From a virus (Duplodnaviria; Caudoviricetes), in the IMG/VR virus record IMGVR_UViG_3300033463_000042, positions 32,001-96,000 of that record: a stretch of 64,000 nucleotides of DNA. One strand, written 5' to 3'. This document shows, piece after piece, positions 60,585 to 64,000 of the stretch; position 1 is the stretch's first letter, and each line of letters starts with the position of its first letter. Made by a program: the position numbers and the translations under genes. The notes under the pieces were generated by a model. The model ran no database searches and was not told the DNA's origin. It worked only from the letters and a program-made list of their open reading frames with translations.

Positions 60585-61433
60585 ATGATAACAATCCCTT
60601 CAGTAATAAAGACCAAAAGTACTGGTGAAGAGGGCTTAACCTTAAAAGAACTCGCTCAGCGTTTTAAAGTTCATGAAGCAAATATTGCTGCATGTAACAT
60701 TTACTTTCAGACAATAAGAATGCTGAACAACACACATACAAATGTTGACAGAGACACTTTCCAGAACTGTTTCAGAGATGCATTGAGTGACATTGATCTG
60801 GAGACACCTCCAACAGATGCATTCATTCCTGATGCTGAAGATAAGGAACATCTCTTCAGAGTAAATCGTCTTGCTGCTGAATATATAAAGATAACTGAAC
60901 GTTTACCTATATCTTTACTCGAAGAAGCTTTTGGTCCTGCTAATGCATTGGTTATCCTGTGTAAGCATGATCCTAAGGAACTCGAGAAAACATACGACGA
61001 CATCTTCACATATTTCTGTCTGTTCAAGTATATTGACACAATCGAAATATTGAGACTCAACATGTTCTCCAATTTCACTCCAATGATAGAGTGGATTGTT
61101 GAGAATATCACATTGAAAGATTGGCAGAGCTATCTAATAACAAACAAACCCAACCCAGAGAAATATGCTGCTAAATGTGAAGATATATTATTCAATCCTG
61201 ATGTGGCTGCAACATTCAAGTTCTATTCAAACAATGAAGATCCTGATATTCCAAAATTCGATGTATGTAATCTTATGATGAGAATCGTAACCAACATGGT
61301 TAAGAAAGATGACATATACCTTGTACTTGGAGTTTACCTGTTAATAGCTTTCGCTATGGGTGATTTCAATAACAAGAAGGCCGAGGATTCTCCTTGTGGA
61401 AAATACGTAAGAGAAGTTTTATCGAAATTATAA
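60585..61433 (+). CDS. Hypothetical protein
   Basis: 282 aa, SD GAGGAGG. Confidence 0.6.
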   Translation: MITIPSVIKTKSTGEEGLTLKELAQRFKVHEANIAACNIYFQTIRMLNNTHTNVDRDTFQNCFRDALSDIDLETPPTDAFIPDAEDKEHLFRVNRLAAEYIKITERLPISLLEEAFGPANALVILCKHDPKELEKTYDDIFTYFCLFKYIDTIEILRLNMFSNFTPMIEWIVENITLKDWQSYLITNKPNPEKYAAKCEDILFNPDVAATFKFYSNNEDPDIPKFDVCNLMMRIVTNMVKKDDIYLVLGVYLLIAFAMGDFNNKKAEDSPCGKYVREVLSKL

Positions 61434-61499
61434 ACATATATAATTCCAACGATAGGAGACATCTTATCAAAAATCTATGTCAGGAGTGTGAATTGTCGT

Positions 61500-63749
61500 A
61501 TGGAAAAGAAAGAGATTAAACCCAGAACACGTCATCGTGGTACTATGAACAATGCTTCAGAGATCGAAAAGCGTTGTAGAGAAATAGACCCGATGGCGTG
61601 CTTTGGTCCTTCAGCACTTGTATTTCCGGATAAAATATCGACTGTTCGTGGTGTAATGGGTACACGTCATACATCACAAAGAGTCGTACTGACTAACCCG
61701 GAATTCCCCAGGATATTTACTGGTGCGGAAAACGAGTTTGGTGAAAGATCTTCAGCTAACATAAAGGCTAAAGATGACTACGAGCTTGTTAGAACATTTA
61801 AGAAGTTCAAAGATTCTGATGTATCACCTATTGCTTACATCTTCAGGAATCTTAGAACCGGTAAATATATCTGCGAAGTCATAAGACCAGCACATCACCT
61901 TGTTGAGAAGTATGGATTCAGAATGAAGAACTCTGTCGTTGGTAAATACAGTGATGGAGATATACTTCCTAAAGGTACAACCATTGCACAGTCCTCATCA
62001 TATGTAAATGATAATTACTGTGCTGGCAGAAACTTGCGATTTGTCTACACAGTACTTCCTCAACTGACAGAGGATGCGCTTGTAATATCAGATAGAGCAG
62101 CAGAGATGCTGACATATGATATGGTAGACATTGTGACTGTAAACATCAAACAGTCATCATATCTCTTAAATAGATATGGCGATGAGAATCTGTATAAACC
62201 TTTCCCTAACATAGGAGAAGAAATACAGAATGACATCATTTGTTCAATAAGAGAAAATTCTTATCTGTCGTCTGCTTCAGAATCGTTAATACCCCATATC
62301 AATGATACTAACTACTGTTCACACGGTATAATAGTAGATATGGATATATATTCAAACGTCGATGTTGACAATCAGCAGTATAACTACTATCTGTCTCAGA
62401 TAAGAGATTGGTATTCTGATATATATGCATTCATATCGACAATCGTTTCTGATCCGTATCAAGATGATACATCGTTGCTTGATATATACCATCAAGCAGA
62501 AAAGTATTTGAATACTTCAAAATGGGTAACCAAGGAAGATATTGTGGATACTGTCATCAAGTTCACCGTCCTTCAGCCTAAAGACATTCATGTCGGCCAG
62601 AAGGTTGTTGGTCGTTATGGTAACAAGTCTGTTATCGCACAGATCGTACCATGGCAGCTTATGCCTAGAACTACTGATGGTAGACCACTCGATATGTTGG
62701 CAAATGCTTTTGCTGTTCCTAACAGAATCATTGCGTTTGCTACATACGAATCATCTATGACTTTCCAAATGGAAAGAATGTGGGAACATATCCTCAAACT
62801 TGATAGCGAAGGAACTTCTCATGATACTATCATGAATCTCGCAATTGAGTTCGTTACAACTTACAATCCTCAACAGGGTCAAGAGTTGGCACGAATCTAC
62901 AATATGGATCCTGACAGAACTTATAGAGACCTTATTAAGAATGGATTCTATATTCAGATTCAACCTCTGAATGAAAAGTGTGTTCGTGATTCTATCATTG
63001 AGGCGTATGAGAAGTGGCCTGACATTATGAAGTACCATGAGCTTGAAGTAAAGCTGAGACATAGATGGGTTAAACTCGATAAACCCCAGCCTGTTGGATA
63101 TCAGTATACCTGGGTCTTAAAACAGGAACCCTCGAAGGCTATGTCGGCTGTTGCTACTGGACGTACAACACTTTATGATCAGCCTGTAAAGACAAGAAGG
63201 TATAATAAGAATCTTATTCCTCATTCTGATAACCCTATCAAATATGGAGAATATGATACTTACAACTTCCTTGCAGGTATGGGTGTAAAGATATTTGCGA
63301 AGATATCTACATACTACAGAGGTTCTCAGTATGAGGACAACTCAGTTCTTATGAGTCAGCTCAATGGTATAGGAATCGATACTTCGAAATATAATCAATT
63401 CCCACAATTAGATAATCTGAAAAACATTCTGAAATTAATGGGTACGCGTCTTAATTCAGACATACACTGGTTCAATACCATCGGTAATGTAGACGAATTG
63501 CATAGTGTCAAGATCGGTAATAACGATGTAGACATATCAATACCAGATCTGCATTACGTGCTCATCATGGAGTCGTATTTATTACAATACACATCATACA
63601 TGAATGGCACTGTAGATATGGGTGAGTTCTTCAATCAGATGGCACAAACAAACGTATTCAATGGTCTGAGTAAAGAGTACATCGATTATATCTTCAGAAA
63701 GTTTTCATCACTGTTGCCGATTCTTCAGCAGCGTAAGCAGTATAATTAA
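61500..63749 (+). CDS. Phage multisubunit RNA polymerase, beta C-terminal part
   Basis: MGTRHTSQ, GRNL, TEDA, GQKVVGRYGNKSVI, DMLAN, KYGEYD; start ATG 61500 or GTG 61488. Confidence 0.9.
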   Translation: MEKKEIKPRTRHRGTMNNASEIEKRCREIDPMACFGPSALVFPDKISTVRGVMGTRHTSQRVVLTNPEFPRIFTGAENEFGERSSANIKAKDDYELVRTFKKFKDSDVSPIAYIFRNLRTGKYICEVIRPAHHLVEKYGFRMKNSVVGKYSDGDILPKGTTIAQSSSYVNDNYCAGRNLRFVYTVLPQLTEDALVISDRAAEMLTYDMVDIVTVNIKQSSYLLNRYGDENLYKPFPNIGEEIQNDIICSIRENSYLSSASESLIPHINDTNYCSHGIIVDMDIYSNVDVDNQQYNYYLSQIRDWYSDIYAFISTIVSDPYQDDTSLLDIYHQAEKYLNTSKWVTKEDIVDTVIKFTVLQPKDIHVGQKVVGRYGNKSVIAQIVPWQLMPRTTDGRPLDMLANAFAVPNRIIAFATYESSMTFQMERMWEHILKLDSEGTSHDTIMNLAIEFVTTYNPQQGQELARIYNMDPDRTYRDLIKNGFYIQIQPLNEKCVRDSIIEAYEKWPDIMKYHELEVKLRHRWVKLDKPQPVGYQYTWVLKQEPSKAMSAVATGRTTLYDQPVKTRRYNKNLIPHSDNPIKYGEYDTYNFLAGMGVKIFAKISTYYRGSQYEDNSVLMSQLNGIGIDTSKYNQFPQLDNLKNILKLMGTRLNSDIHWFNTIGNVDELHSVKIGNNDVDISIPDLHYVLIMESYLLQYTSYMNGTVDMGEFFNQMAQTNVFNGLSKEYIDYIFRKFSSLLPILQQRKQYN

Positions 63750-63759
63750 TATACATGAA

Positions 63760-63792
63760 AATTATATGGGGGCTATATGCCCCCATATAATT
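63760..63792 (+). terminator. Intrinsic terminator
   Basis: AATTATATGGGGGC-TATAT-GCCCCCATATAATT followed by a U-tract. Confidence 0.8.
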
Positions 63793-63812
63793 ATTTCTTT
63801 TTTATTCTTTTA

Positions 63813-63824
63813 AACCCCCTGGTA
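63813..63824 (+). promoter_or_regulatory. Late-type promoter motif AACCccctggTA
   Basis: Between the terminator and the next gene. Confidence 0.5.
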
Positions 63825-63853
63825 ACCATAACACATTGAAAGGGGGATTTCAC

Positions 63854-64000
63854 ATGGATAATACTACCAGTACAGTTGCCCAGCCTCAGCAGCAATCAAA
63901 AGTTATCATATTGAATGATGCTGACGGTAATCCAAAGTGGTATGACTTTGGAACTAAAAACGAATCTTTTTTGTTGACATGCAAAGAATTAAAAGAACTG
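63854..64000 (+). CDS. Truncated ORF, possibly the N-terminus of the large terminase
   Basis: SD AAGGGGG; WYDFGTKNESFL..CKELKEL resembles phiKZ/AR9-type TerL N-termini as I recall them; runs off the window. Confidence 0.4.
   Translation, partial: MDNTTSTVAQPQQQSKVIILNDADGNPKWYDFGTKNESFLLTCKELKEL

Noticed and set aside
1-64000. Many 60-175 aa antisense or alternate-frame ORFs in the track
   Set aside because: Nested in long motif-bearing genes, no SD, composition typical of shadow ORFs
1-64000. Stop-codon reassignment
   Set aside because: Genes are intact in code 11 and end in TAA, TAG or TGA at sensible boundaries
1-64000. Phage nucleus shell or tubulin genes
   Set aside because: No recognisable motifs in this window; cannot be excluded elsewhere in the genome

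Overview
AT-rich, gene-dense segment of a jumbo myovirus of the phiKZ/AR9(PBS1)-like group, read in the standard genetic code. It encodes three pieces of a split multisubunit RNA polymerase (beta' N-part with DYDGD, beta' C-part, beta C-part), a divergent GyrB-like topoisomerase subunit, a RusA-like resolvase, a BCS1-like AAA+ ATPase, a minimal PolB-like palm protein, tail sheath and tube, a baseplate wedge, probable internal head proteins and probably the start of the large terminase. About 30 kb is a tail-fibre/adsorption region with a tandemly duplicated operon of giant Gly-rich fibre genes. The most striking observation is a tail-fibre-like protein (10269-14318) carrying a Ruminococcus-type dockerin, suggesting a phage that docks onto cellulosome/scaffoldin cohesins of a Ruminococcus-like host. 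Two recurring promoter classes (AAATATATATTATT; AAC-N7-TA), many intrinsic terminators and several structured non-coding elements (38040-38175, 46805-46970, 47780-48270, one tRNA-like) are also visible. All calls come from reading motifs by eye; no database searches were run.
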